A DNA stretch of 64,000 nucleotides, from contig OX597831.1 in the NCBI GenBank assembly GCA_951406725.2, positions 50,654,001-50,718,000 on the forward strand. Direction: 5' to 3'. Shown here piece by piece: positions 1 through 12,345 of the stretch. The notes beneath the pieces are model-generated. The model was given only the letters and a program-made list of their open reading frames with translations. It did not search any database and was not told the origin of the DNA. The translations under genes were made by a program, and so were the position numbers. How positions within the stretch are numbered: position 1 is the stretch's first letter; each line of letters starts with the position of its first letter. The stretch is from Octopus vulgaris (lineage: Eukaryota).

Positions 1-351
1 TATGCACAGAATCCTCTTTATCTACAGCATTCAGTTATATCGTTATAGATAAAATATGATACATCCATATTAGTTTTCACAGTATTCTTTCTGAGGGATT
101 TTTTTTATTAAGATAAACATATAAAGCATTGCAGAAATATTACTAAGTCGTTTGTATATATAGGAAGGCAGTTTATGGATCACTAGGTTTAGAGTTTCGG
201 CGTTTTATTATTATTTTCATATACACACAACAGATGAGACTGTTGGAAAAGAAAAGAATTCTAACATCGAACTACAAGTAGACTTAGATGCCAAGAACCC
301 TCCTATCGGGCTACAACAAGTAACTTTAAAAATCGAGAACCCTCCACTATT

Positions 352-526
352 TATTGTTTATAAAATCTCCTCTGGTCTGACTCAATCTATTCTGTTGGTA
401 CTAATCTATTCTTTTGTTATCTGAGAGCTTGCCTGCTATTGCTATGATACTCTGTTTCAACTCTTCTATTACTGTTCCAAATCCTTTCTCTTTGACTAAG
501 TATATGGTCATGTCCTACAAAATCTT
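352..526 (-). pseudogene. Fragment of R4/Dong-type RLE non-LTR retrotransposon ORF (region upstream of RT)
   Basis: Manual minus-strand translation gives YLVKEKGFGTVIEELKQSIIAIAGKLSDNKRID*YQQNRL/ESDQRRFYKQ, resembling the EELKQ...QNRLF..DQRRFY motif of R4/Dong/HERO elements. Abuts a (TAA)n tract. Confidence 0.65.
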
Positions 527-535
527 CTATTATTA

Positions 536-587
<52 letters not shown>

Positions 588-602
588 CATTATTATTATT
601 AA

Positions 603-671
<69 letters not shown>
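527..671. repeat. (TAT)n microsatellite
   Basis: Directly visible; explains the poly-I/poly-Y ORFs. Confidence 0.98.
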
Positions 672-673
<2 letters not shown>

Positions 674-1285
674 GTTTGACTTTTGCTTTATATTTGTACA
701 AAGAGGGTAGATACATAGACAGAGAGGTTAATTTCCTCATTAAAAACATGATGGTAGTATGTTCTTCTCCGTCTGTAGATTTTATCACTGAGTTCAAATA
801 CACAGACGAACGGAAAACACATTGAAAATACATTCAAATTTAGATACGTTGTTGTTTGTGCATACGTATATACTCACAATAAATTAATAATGTGAACCAT
901 CTTGCACATTGAAAATTCTTTGTTATATCTAACTAATTGACATATAACACACGCCTTTTTCTAAGTTTATGAGAAGTAAGCACATCTGGCCATGTAAATG
1001 GAATCAACAACAAATGCTTCAAGGAATAATATTTTGTGTTTAATATTTCTGTTTTTCGCTATTATTATGTGGTCATTAAGATTTTAGATTGTCAACTTAA
1101 TACAATGAGACAGAATATGTTTATAATAATACTGATTTCTACGGCCCACACAAATTTATGAATTTTGTGGAGAATGTGTCTGATTAAATCGTTCCAGTAA
1201 TGATCATCATCATCTTCATTATCATCTTCATCACCATCCTCATTTTTCTTGTTGTTGTTCTTATTATTATTATTATCATGGAAAA

Positions 1286-1497
1286 CGGTGAGCTGATAGA
1301 ATCGGTATCTCGACGGACGAAATGCTTAACAGTATTTCATCTGTCTTCGTGTTCTGAGATCAAATGCCGCCAATGTCGACTTTGTCTTTCGTCCCTCCGG
1401 ATCGATAAAATAAGAACCAGTTGAGCACTAGGATCAATGTAATCGACTTACTCTCCACCCAAAAAGAAATCATGCCTTGTGACTATAATAGAAGGGA
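1286..1497 (+). mobile_element. SINE family B (tRNA-like head, Meta/MESC-like central domain), diverged
   Basis: cggtgagctgatagaatcg...gtcgactttgtctttcgtccctccggatcgataaaataag; matches many copies in the window. Confidence 0.85.
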
Positions 1498-1536
1498 TTA
1501 TTATTATTATTATTATTATTGTTATTATTATTATAG

Positions 1537-1873
1537 TTGAGACCTTCCTTCGGTCATGACTGACCGTGGGATTGTACCTAGAAAGTTACCCTCCCAGGCA
1601 CAAGCCTGGGCATGGTTGTTTATGGAAGACCAGCAGTCGCCCGTGCAAACCAGCCTCCCCTCTCCACGCCACCAATGTTATCCAAGGGAAAGGCAAAAGC
1701 TGATACAGCTTGGCACCCGTGACGTCGCAACTCATTTCTACAGCTGAGTGAACTGGAGCAACGTAAAATAAAGCGTCATGCTCAAGAACACAACACACAG
1801 TCGGGTCCGAGATTCGAACTCGCAACCTCACGATCGTAAGCTCGACGCTCTAACCACTGAGCCATGCGCCTTC
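1537..1873 (-). mobile_element. SINE: D-type tRNA head + CORE-like body + tail type E
   Basis: Reverse complement has A/B-box head (ggctcagtggttagagcg...gttcgaatc) and the tgtgttcttgagca...gttgctccagttcactcagctg body, then a tail different from that of 12346-12594. Confidence 0.85.
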
Positions 1874-1909
1874 ACACAATATAATAATAATAATGATAAT
1901 AATAATAAC

Positions 1910-1948
<39 letters not shown>

Positions 1949-1967
1949 CATCATCATCATCATCATC

Positions 1968-2014
<47 letters not shown>

Positions 2015-2142
2015 CAGAAGCAGCATTATTATTGTTCTTGAAGTTTTTGATCTGTACTCAGATCTTTCCCAGACAAATATATAAACATTTTTTTTATGCA
2101 AGCAAAGTTTTTTCTCTTTCCAAATAAATATTTCTGGAGCAT

Positions 2143-2445
2143 GGCGGCAACCTGGCTGAATCGTTAGCACGCTGGGTGATATGCTTAGCGGTATTTCGTC
2201 TGCTGCTACGTTCTGAGTTCAAATTCCGCTGAGGTCGACTTTGCCTTTCATCCTTTCGGGGTCGATTAAATAAGTACCAGTTACGCACTTGGGTCGATAT
2301 AATCGACTTAATCCGCTTGTCTGTCCTCTCTGTGTTTAACCCCTTGTGGGTAGTAAAGAAATAGGTATTTCGTCTGTCTTCAGACGACACTGAAGTCGAT
2401 GTAATCGATTAGTCTTCTCCCTCAAAAATGGCTGCTCTTGTGGTA
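2143..2445 (+). mobile_element. SINE family B, monomer with tail 1 followed by a partial second monomer
   Basis: Near-consensus B body, tail cccttgtgggtagtaaagaaata, then restart at gtatttcgtctg. Confidence 0.9.
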
Positions 2446-2740
2446 GCCATTCATTATTCGTACTAGGAGTATACTGTCTTCTTCCACGTAAGTTTGTTTT
2501 AAATTTTGTTTTCAAAAGTTAACTGTTTGTTTTAATACAAAATGCTTGATAAAACCGTCATCATTGCATAGGTCTTGTTTGTTTGTGCCCCTTGGGATGT
2601 GGCAATTTCAAAAAGACAATTTTCATTTTGTTTCGAAAAAAAATTAATAAACAGACATGGCGATTCTCGTCTTGCTAAGAGACATGGAAGATGAAGTAAA
2701 AGGCAGCTTTCATAGTGAGTTACCAGACACCTCAGATTTT

Positions 2741-2980
2741 AGAGGCGCGTGGCTTAGTGGTTAGGGCGTTGGAATCACGATTGTAAGATTGTGGTTTCGA
2801 TTCCTGGACAGGGAGACGCGTTGTGTTCTTGAGCAAAGCACTTCATTTCACGTTGTTCCAGTCCACTCAGCTGGCAAAAATGAGTAATTCCGCGACGAAC
2901 CGGCGTCCCGCCCAGGGAATATACAGGCCATTAAACCGAAAAACTGGCCCTTATGAGTCGAGAATTAACTTTACCTTTTT
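2741..2980 (+). mobile_element. SINE family D (tRNA head + CORE-like domain)
   Basis: gaggcgcgtggcttagtggttaggg...gtttcgattcc...ttgtgttcttgagcaaagcacttcatttcacgttgttccagtccactcagctggcaaaaatgagta. Confidence 0.9.
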
Positions 2981-3461
2981 ACCTCGTATTTTATATATAT
3001 TAATGCAACACCCTCTATTTACAGTTCGGTGCTATGCTCTAGAAATATCTATTCGGAAAGAGAAACTCTTTCCTTGTATAAAAAGTAGTTTATATATTTG
3101 TCTAGGAAAGATCTGAGTACAGATCATAAGCTTCAAGAATAATTAACGCGAGACAGAGTTTCTGACATGCTAACGATTCTGCCATTTCGTCGATATAAGC
3201 TGTGGGTTATATACTGTACTATCGTATCTACCTTTCGTACCACGCACCACGAATGCCATTCCAAAAACAAAACAGTTTACTCACAAAATGTTTATATGCA
3301 TATGAAAGGAAAAATATTAATTCCTTTAAATTAAATATATAGGCAAGGGAATACAATTTACTAGCAAAGAGATGTAAGAAAGTATTACAAATATGATAGT
3401 AAGAGAAATCAATTTGGAGTAGATATTTCTGATTATTCACAAGGTCGGCAGATTTCATTAG

Positions 3462-3640
3462 ACGTGGCCAGTCGATTACTTCGACTTCATTTGGTTGATG
3501 GTACTTGATTTTATTTTTATTAATCCCATAGGACTAAAATGCAAAGTTGACCTCTTTGTTCAGCACAGAATTTAAAGATCCAGATTAAATATCGCAAAGC
3601 ATATTTCCGATGCCTTAAATTTTTTGCCAATCTAGTCCCC
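3462..3640 (-). mobile_element. Decayed SINE family B
   Basis: gtcgattacttcgac...ggtact...gcaaagttgacctc, matching the reverse complement of the B body. Confidence 0.55.
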
Positions 3641-4156
3641 TAGCACGAGAAAATAACACTTTTAAAGTTTTAATAGGGAAAAAATATTAATGGGATAAAC
3701 TGAACAAGTTTCTTTCAGTAGTTTTATTCCTATGCGTATTTTAAAGGAAAGCTTCTAAGGAAGATTCGTTAAGTTTGTTTAACTGGGGGCCCTCGGATAC
3801 AGTTGATTATATTTTTGGAAGGAACAGTATAAACTGAAACCGTTGTTATAATATAGTTATTATTCGCTTCGAAATTCGTGGAATTACCACGGATTTTGCT
3901 AGTGAGACATTATCTTACGCATAAAAAACTCAATCATTGCAACACTAATGTCTTTTCTTCCAGGCAAATAGTTTGTGCCTTATGGCTTGGTATTTATTAC
4001 CTATCATTTTCTGTAGTACTTCAACATCTGCTATTACCTACTTGCAAAAATAAATAGACGTTTCAACGCAATGCTCGTATTTTGTCATAAATTGTGCGTG
4101 TGTGTGTGTGCGCGCACGAGAGAGACTGAGTGAGTAACTGTGTGTGATGGAAGTGA

Positions 4157-4596
4157 TCTCTCTCTATATAAACGGCAGTTTGTCTGTCTGTGTGTCTGTG
4201 TGTCTGTCAGGTTGTACCCTCACCCTGACCACGGCTTTCAACCGATTCTGATGAAACTTGACACACACATAGCCCAATGTCATAATTCAAAACTAACGCA
4301 GTGAAAATTTTGAAAAGTTCCCCCAGTTCTGAAAAATATCGATAAATTCGACATGGGGTCGAGAATCTAAGCTTTTTATATGCAACACATTTTCTGTCTA
4401 GGGGACACAACTCGGCCATTTTATCGCCCACAGGGACAGCTAGGAACATCGTATACGCAGAAGTATTCGAGTGAAGTGAAGACATTGCAACCTACACATG
4501 CGCCTTCGTTCCCTAGAGGGAAAGGACTAGATTGGGATTAGTCGTTGCTTACTAGGGGCTCTTACATACCCGGGCAACGTCGAGCTATGCTGCTAG
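4157..4596 (+). mobile_element. Non-autonomous Helitron
   Basis: 5' TC start (A|TCTCTCTCTATATA), internal (TCTG/TGTG) tract and aaccgattctgatgaaactt motif, 3' hairpin cccgggcaacgtcgag followed by CTAG|T. Inserted between A and T with no TSD. Confidence 0.85.
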
Positions 4597-4805
4597 TCAA
4601 CTATAAACGTATTGATCCACTTCTTAAAGAAATCGTTCTTCTCACGAGATGAGGGGATATTACAAAAGCCAGTGTTTTAGAAATACTCATCGTATTCACC
4701 TCGGGTGTATGGAAGCTATAGGTTGACACATAGGTTTTGAACACCGTAAACTAAAGCAATTCCTACCGTTTTTTTTATTAACTTACCACCGTCTTCACAA
4801 TAGTC

Positions 4806-5236
4806 TTACTCTTTTACTCTTTTACTTGTTTTGGTCATTGACTGTGGCCATGCTGGAGCACCGCCTGTAGTCAAGCAAATCGATCCCAGGACTTATTTTT
4901 TGTAAGCCTAGTACTTATTCTATCGGTCTCTTTTGCCGGACCGTTAAGTTACGGGGACGTAAACACACCAGCATCGATTGTCAAGCGATGTCGGGGGGGG
5001 GGGTACAAACACAGACACACAAACATACACACACAAACACACACACACATATATATATGTATAAATATATGCGACGGGCTTCTTTCAGTTTCCGTCTACC
5101 AAATCCTCTCACAAGGCTTTGGTCGGCCAGAGGCTATAGTATAAGACGCTTGCCCAATGTGCCACTCACTGGGACTGAACCCGGAATCATGTGATTGAGA
5201 AGCAAGCTACTTACCACACAGCCACTCCTACGCCTA
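4806..5236 (-). mobile_element. SINE family A
   Basis: Reverse complement of the copies at 10685 and 37090; internal (TA)/(TG) tract; (agtaaaag)n tail. Confidence 0.95.
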
Positions 5237-5344
5237 TGTCTTAGAGGGAAAACAGCTTTGTCTTTCATAAATGGACTGTTTAATTTGAATGAATATCAAA
5301 TTCAAAAAATAATTCCTGTTAAGATTACTTTTTTCTCAGACTAA

Positions 5345-5560
5345 GGCAACGAGTTGGCGGAATCGTTAGCATGCAGGCAAAATGCTCAACCACATTTTAT
5401 CTATCTTCATGTTTTGAGTTCAAATTCCGCCGAGGTTGACTTCACCTTTCATCATTTCACGGTCAATAAAATAAGACCATCTGAACACTGGGGATGATGT
5501 AACCGACTTACCCATCCCCCTCGAAATTGCTGGCCTTGTGTCAAAATTTGAAACTAATAT
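5345..5560 (+). mobile_element. SINE family B with tail 2
   Basis: B body plus aaattgctggccttgtgtcaaaatttgaaac tail. Confidence 0.88.
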
Positions 5561-5656
5561 TTTTTCTCAACGCTACCAGTAGCATTTTTTTACTCTTAAG
5601 AAAAAGATGATTGCTCCAATAGACTTCGATTGTTTTCGTAGAACTACTTTTAGAGA

Positions 5657-6043
5657 TGGATGGAAGCACTCCGTCGATTACGACGACGAGGGTTCCGGTT
5701 GATCCGATCAACGGAACAGCCTGCTCGTGAAATTAACGTGTAAGTGGCTGAGCACTCCACAGACACGTGTACCCTTAACGTAGTTCTCGGGGATATTCAG
5801 CGTGACACAGAGAGTGACAAGGCCGGCCCTTTGAAATACAGGTACAACAGAAACAGGAAGTAAGAGTGAGAGAAAGTTGTGGTGAAAGAGTACAGCAGGG
5901 ATCACCACCATCCCTGCCGGAGCCTCGTGGAGCTTTTAGGTGTTTTCGCTCAATAAACACTCACAACGCCCGGTCTGGGAATCGAAACCACGATCCTACG
6001 ACCGCGAGTTCGCTGCCCTAACCACTGGGCCATTGCGCCTCCA
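5657..6043 (-). mobile_element. SINE family C, young copy
   Basis: Near-identical to the reverse complement of 30754-31122; tRNA-like head ggaggcgcaatggcccagtggttaggg...gtttcgattccc. Confidence 0.95.
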
Positions 6044-6302
6044 CACTTTTAGGGATACTCATATAATGAAAAGCGAAATTACCTGAACAGGATTTAAATG
6101 CGAAATAAAATGAATCGTACACATAGCAAAGACGATATATTTTCTCCGGTATTATACCGATGCACAACCTTGTTTCTATTCAACCGAGTATGAAATTTAG
6201 AATGTTAAGTACAGTGGGGGAAATAGTAGAGCGTCGGCATAGAAAGGTGATGGAGATTTTTCTTTGTATCTACGTGCTGAATTCAAAACGATGGAAATCG
6301 TA

Positions 6303-7160
6303 CAGGGGTTGAAGAAAATAATGGAAACACTTTAAAATTTTAAACAAATTTATTTTAATGTAGGTTAAGACCGCCTTTGGCAGTAATTACAGCATAAATT
6401 CTACGAGGTATGGACTCGTATAGATTTTGAATTGTTTCCAAAGGAATTTTTGTCCATTCTTCAGCTAAAACTGTCTCCATTTCTTTTATTTTTGATGGTG
6501 GAGGATATCGACTCCTTACGTATTTTTCTAAAATGAACCATAAATGTTCAATAATATTGAAATCTGAGGACTGTGGTGGCCAGATGAGATGTTCAACTTC
6601 ACTAGAATGTTCCTCGTGTCATTCAGTAACAAATTTAAGCTGTGCGAATTGGTACGTTATCATCCTGAAAGATTGTGTTTCCCTCCGCAAACAATTCTGC
6701 AATGATAGGATGAATTTGATCAGATAAAATGCTTAAATAGTCTTGACTATTAATTCTGCCATGAAGGGAAACCATTGGGCCGGCTGATTTTGGTTTTCTT
6801 CCGGGGTTTTGTTTCGACGGGGCGGTTTTCTCCTCGTTCACAAAGGCTGTCGTTACTTTGAAGATAGTACTTCTTGATACACCAAGCATTTCGGCTGTTT
6901 TCGTTACGCTAATGCCAGCCATACAAGCACCAACAATTTGACCTGTTTGAAAGTACGTTAGATGTGTCATTTTAATGAATTTTAATTACCTTTCTCTGGT
7001 GATATCTAAAAGGAAACAGCAATTTTAGCAAAACATATTAAGCAACACTAATAATAAATCAAAAGAACATCAAAACGAACAAGCTTTTGATGGTTTTATA
7101 GATATTTCAAAATTATGATGCAATGACGTTAAGTCTTTCCAATATTTTGTCCAACACCTG
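6303..7160 (-). mobile_element. Tc1-family DNA transposon, internally deleted
   Basis: Imperfect ~28-bp TIRs (caggggttgaagaaaataatggaaacac / gtctttccaatattttgtccaacacctg), TA at the left flank. Transposase remnant: HTH, GRKPK, FQDDN, WPPQSSDFNIIEHLW, AVITAKGG. Confidence 0.93.
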
Positions 7161-7166
7161 CATCAT

Positions 7167-7371
7167 TGTTTCTGATTTAGGCACAAATCCATCAGTTTTG
7201 AAGGGTCGAGTTCGCTAATCGATATCAACTTTACTGATACGCCATTTCATCGAACTCGGAGGGCTGAAACTCAAAGCTGACCTGGGTGGGATTTGAACTT
7301 AGAACGTAAAAAACCAGAGGAAACAGCAAAAAATATTTTTCTGATTGACTAATGATTGTATCAGTTCGCCA
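7167..7371 (-). mobile_element. Decayed SINE family B (tail 2)
   Basis: ggatttgaacttagaacgtaa and caaagctgacctgggtgg match the B reverse complement. Confidence 0.7.
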
Positions 7372-7616
7372 TTTTTTGCAAATTATATAAATAGAATGAG
7401 TTATTTAATTAATTATAGACCTTCGCTTATAAATTTATCAGCTGTCAATATTCAAAATCAATATTAAAAATGTAAACTTGGAAATTATTTTAAAATCTCG
7501 ATATTCTTTCACCAGACACAAAGACTTCAAACTTCTAGGCTGGAGAGGGTGGGGTACTAATAGAAATCTAACATTCTTATGTCCTCCGAATGTATTAGTT
7601 ATATAATTAAAAATAA

Positions 7617-7920
7617 TGGAGGCGCAACGGCCCAGTGGTTAGGGTAGCGAACTCGCGGTCGGAGGATCGCGGTTTCGATTCCCAGACCGGGCGTTGTGTG
7701 TGTTTATTGAGCGAAAACACGTAAAGCTCCACGAGGCTCCGGCAGGGGGTGGTGGCGACCCCTGTTGTACTCTTTCGCCCCAACTTTCTCTCACTCTTTC
7801 TTTCTGTTTCTTGAGTAACGCTGCGATGGACTGGAGTCCCGTCAAGCTGGGAGGTACACATACGCCACAGAAACCGGGAAACCGGGCCCACGAGCCTGGC
7901 TAGGCTTGAAATGGGCGCAT
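7617..7920 (+). mobile_element. Chimeric SINE: C head/body + D tail
   Basis: First ~195 bp match family C; from gagtaacgctgcgatggactgg onward it matches the tail of 12346-12594; ends in an A-run. Confidence 0.92.
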
Positions 7921-8465
7921 AAAAAAATCAAAAATATAGTAGTTTAAATTAGGAAGGAAAAAAAATCTACTTTCAGCTTACCAAGATTTCAAAATTGATT
8001 TCTTACTACTTGGAACAAAGCCAAGAATTGGTTTGAGAAAGAAGTATGTTTTGTGGTGTGTAATTTTCAACGGTTTTATTAGCGTAGTTCATCTGAAATC
8101 TTTTAAAACCGAAACCAAAGCCGAATCGTGAACTCTGCTCTCTAGGATTGTTATACTACAATTTTCGGATTATCTTTTACTTGTTTCCGTAATAGTAGTT
8201 AATCTATCGTCCAAAGTGGTAGCATGTCGTCATCAAGGAAACGAAGCAGATGGAAAACAACAGAATCAAGATGCAGAGATGAGACGTCGAAGACGAAAGG
8301 ATCGACTCGCACTTCCTCGTCCCCCGCCGACCTACCCTTCTATACCACCCTTGGCCTGAACAGCCTCTTTAAGCACTTGCACTCATCGCAACCATCAGGA
8401 TGAAGAGATACAATCATCCGCTACACATTAACTACTCGGATACGAATTAATGTCGATGGCAACGA

Positions 8466-8706
8466 TTTATTCTTATTTCTTTATTGCCCACAAGGGGCTA
8501 AACATAGAGGGGGGGAAACAAGGACAGACAAACGGAGTAAGTCGATTACATCGACCTCAGTGCGTAATTGGTACTTTATTTTATCGACCCCGAAAGGATG
8601 AAAGGCAAAGTCGACCTCGGCGGAATTTGAACTCAGAACGTAGCGGCAGACGAAATACCGCTAAGCATTTCACCCGGCGTGCTAACGTTTCTGCCAGCTC
8701 GCCACC
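8466..8706 (-). mobile_element. SINE family B with tail 1, young copy
   Basis: Near-consensus; tail (minus strand) ends gccccttgtgggcaataaagaaataagaa. Confidence 0.95.
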
Positions 8707-9230
8707 TTTATTCTATCAACGATTTATTCTATCATCACCTCGCTGGAACGCTAATTTGGGTTGTCAAGCTGCATATGAGTGTGGGATAGGTGGGGGCAAA
8801 TACAAACAGATACAAATACATATATAAAGATAAATAGATACAAATATATATATATATATATATATGTATGTATATATATACACACATAATTGAAGGATCT
8901 AAATGAGAATCATTGAAAGTTGAATTGAACCCTTTCTGAAATATACCCATGCCCTCTTGAAAACAATTCTTCAAAGTTAATTTTATAGTTATTGTTGCTG
9001 TATAGCTCTGGGTCCGTTTAATCAAATGCACCAATGAGACAAATGTAGCTGGACGAACAATGAAGTACGATTTACAAGTCTATAATAAAGGATGTGCGAT
9101 AGATTTCGTTTTCGTCCTCCTCGACACCACCGCGCATTTTCGTTTGGAAATGATAAATTGCATGTGAGCATTCTATAAAGCTTTTTGCTGAACTGATTTG
9201 AGGTTTGAAGTTGTTATTTGTTGTTATTAT

Positions 9231-9280
<50 letters not shown>

Positions 9281-9670
9281 GGAGGCAGAGGAGGGGGAGG
9301 GGGATGTGGATGGGGAAGGGATGGATGTGAGAAAGGGAAGTGGGAAAGGGGCTGGAGGGGAGAGGGGTGGAGGAGGGAAGGAGGTGGAGGAGGGAGGAAG
9401 GTGGAGGAGGGAGGAAGGTGGAGGAGGGAGGAAGGTGGAGGAGGGAGGAAGGTGAGGAGGGAGGGATGGAGGGGGCTGGGAGGCAGGAAGGAGAGGAAGA
9501 GGGGAGGAGGCGAAGGAAAAGAATAAGCAATAAGATGAGGAACCTGATGACGATGACGACAACGATGACTACGATGATGACGATGATCGTCGTGATGACG
9601 ACGACGAGGGCAACCAAGACGACGATGATGACGAGGAGGACGAAAACTAAAATGAGGATGAAGATGACGT
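9231..9670 (+). repeat. (GAT)n + GGA-rich polypurine tract + degenerate (GAC/GAT)n
   Basis: Directly visible; includes several ggaggagggaggaaggt units. Confidence 0.95.
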
Positions 9671-9767
9671 TGGTGAGTCTCCAGTTAACTCTCATGAATC
9701 AAACCTTTTAAGAAATACGCTGCAGTCATGTTCATGGCGTTTGTTTAATATGAAACTACATGATTTA

Positions 9768-10012
9768 ATTCTGTTGTGTCTGAAGAGAGTCATTTTATTT
9801 TTGCGCCTTATAATTTAACACACTCACCGGTAAAATTTCCACTTGTTTCTTATTTTTATTTTCCTAAAATTTTCAAGACTATTAAAAAGGTTGCAAGACG
9901 CAACGAAAATTTTTACGAAAATAGAAATAAGAAATAAGTGGAAATTTTACGGGTGAGTGTGTTAAATTATAAGGTACAAAAAGAAAATGACTCTCCCCAA
10001 ACACAACAGAAT
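9768..10012. mobile_element. Fold-back/MITE-like element, ~107-bp inverted arms
   Basis: attctgttgtgt...ccttataatttaacacactcaccggtaaaatttccactt is mirrored by aagtggaaattttacgggtgagtgtgttaaattataagg...acacaacagaat; ~30-nt spacer. Confidence 0.85.
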
Positions 10013-10214
10013 ATGCTTCGACACACGAACTCACATAAATAATCTTGCAAACCAAATCCAAAAACGAAATACATGATTTAACGTATCGATTAAGCTTATT
10101 TAAAACCATAATCGGAGAATTCATAGATTTCTTTGCCTACAACACTGACTACGTAGAAACTCTCTCTTTAGCTCGCATGATTGTAAACTTTGACAGTGGC
10201 AACAACTCTGTCAC

Positions 10215-10430
10215 TTATAACCCCATGTTAGCTTCAGTTGGGCTGATCTATGATCAAATATTCTAACCATGACCACTGCATGTTATTTCGTACATTGCTT
10301 ATCTTTATTCCAGATATTTTCTAATTGCTAAGATTTTGTTTCAAAGTTGGTTGGGTGTTATTAGATGAAGATGTTGCTGCTATTTGCTGTAGGTAATATA
10401 AACGCATAGAAGTTCCTTCCATTGGTTAAC
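10215..10430 (-). repeat. Old dispersed repeat (related copies near 50950-51060, 61250-61460, 62075-62250)
   Basis: Shared degenerate motifs (ctatgatcaa...ttcyarccrtgac; gctgctatttctag) seen by eye. Confidence 0.45.
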
Positions 10431-10684
10431 TAAGTGGATGTAAAATTTGGATCGAAGGGTTTCTTCAATAAACTTGATACGATAGATATGACAAAGTTTG
10501 CGAAATGGCGGCAAAAGTACCTCAGGTGAATGTTTTACATACTGAATTCAAATAAGGTCGTACCAAAAATATGTAAAGTTCTTAATAAAAACTCTTCCAA
10601 TTAGACTATTTATGTAATAATTAGTGAAAAATAATTTTTTTGTGGGGTACTGAAAATTTAAGACAAAAAAAGCAGAAGGTTTTA

Positions 10685-11063
10685 TAGGCATAGGAGTGGC
10701 TGTGTGGTAAGTAGCTTGCTTACCAAACACATGGTTCCGGGTTCAGTCCCACTGAGTGCCACCTTGGGCAAGTGTCTACTACTATAGCCTCGGGCCGACC
10801 AAAGCCTTGTGAGTGGATTTGGTAGACTGAAACTGAAAGAAGCCCGTCGTATATATGTATATGTATGTGTATATGTTTGTGAGTCTGCGTTTGTCAACCC
10901 AACATCACTTGTGTTTACGTCCCCGTAACTTAGCGGTTTGGCAAAGAGACCGATAGAATAAGTACTAGGCTTACAAAGAATAAGTCCTGGGGTCGATTTG
11001 CTCGACTAAAGCCGTTGCTCCAGCATGGCCACAGTCAAATGACTGAAACAAGTAAAAGAGTAA
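10685..11063 (+). mobile_element. SINE family A
   Basis: taggcataggagtggctgtgtggtaagtagc...ggttcagtccc...cagcatggccacagtcaaatgactgaaacaag. Confidence 0.95.
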
Positions 11064-11875
11064 GGTTGACAACTCCAATAAAATAACTAAATGAAAAATT
11101 TCAAATACAATGATGAAGTATATGGCGATGAATCATAGTGTTAAAGCTAACTGGTGATAGTAAAAAAACGTATCACAGTCATATTAGACCTCCTCAACAA
11201 AGTATGTGCTAAGACTAAGAAGTAATTATTATTTAGAGAAATAGAAGAGATGCAGTGGTGCTGCCTATGAATATGAACGATTTTGTTCAATGTATCTCAT
11301 AAGGAAGGTGTGTTCTAAATATTTCACAAGCGTATTATAGTGTCTCATTATTTCCTAAATACATTACATTCGATGATGATATTTCCTCTAATAAATATTT
11401 GAGTGCTGTAATTTTATTTCTCATGTTTTTATTATTATTATCCTCGCACCGGCTATCTAGAAATTTAGATTCTTCATATTTCACGTCACTACAACGTTTT
11501 TAATATTTCATACGTCCTACGATCAATCATTTTTTTCTCTTTCAGATTTTTACTCACTCCTGCATTTCATTTCTAATTAATATTGAGCCGTTTGTTCTGA
11601 GAAAAAAAACTTCGCTAACTACATAAAAGAATTTATTACACGGTGGTGAAATGAAATGTACTTGATCACTACTTGATCACTGAAATTTCGACTTATGCAC
11701 TTCTGTCAAACAACTCTTAAGTCTACGGTAATAAACAAATACTTTTAGATATTTTATTAATGTGCGATTACATTTTGTCAACGTCTATTTCTTGAGGTCA
11801 TAATTATATTAAATTCATTTCAAACAAACAATAGACATTCGGAGTCTGTTTTGATTTAAACAGGAAAATAGGATA

Positions 11876-12100
11876 AAACTCCTTCCCGAGTCATGTAGAC
11901 TAAAAAGGACCATTTACCGGTTTCCGTGGCGTATATACTCCCCAATGGTCAGGACGCGGCCCGTCGCAGGATTACTTAATTTTGTCAGATGAATCATTTG
12001 GAGCAACGTGAAATGAAGTGTTTTACGCAAGAGCGCAACGTTTTGTCCGGTCTAGGATTCGAAATCACAATCTTACGATCATGGATCCATATGTCTCCAC
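11876..12100 (-). mobile_element. SINE family D, diverged
   Basis: ggagcaacgtgaaatgaagtgtttt...ggattcgaaatcacaatcttacgatc is the reverse complement of the D head/body. Confidence 0.8.
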
Positions 12101-12345
12101 TTCTTTTGATCTAAAGATTTATTAAATTCCTATGACAATTTATTGACAACTGTCTGTGTTTCATTTTTATGAGATCATGCATTTTCCAATTATTAATTTC
12201 ATGAAAGAAATGTTTTTAAAATATATACATCTGCGCACAATTTTGAACTCTTTGATTAAATAGTATCGGACATGGAATCGTACTACGAATTTTTTTGTTC
12301 TAGCGACACAAGGTGACTAAAATGAATTTCCCAAAGTAAGAAATG

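Noticed and set aside
5980-6043. tRNA-like sequences with A and B boxes (also at 7617, 12346, 30754 and elsewhere)
   Set aside because: They are SINE heads continuous with repeated bodies; no complete cloverleaf or Pol III terminator.
9072-9711. ORFs with a hydrophobic N-terminus and a Pro/Ser-rich region
   Set aside because: Entirely low-complexity GGA/GAT repeats.
11528-11546. Strong splice-acceptor-like tttttttctctttcag (another at ~27320-27332)
   Set aside because: No supportable exon or donor pairing; such motifs are common in AT-rich DNA.
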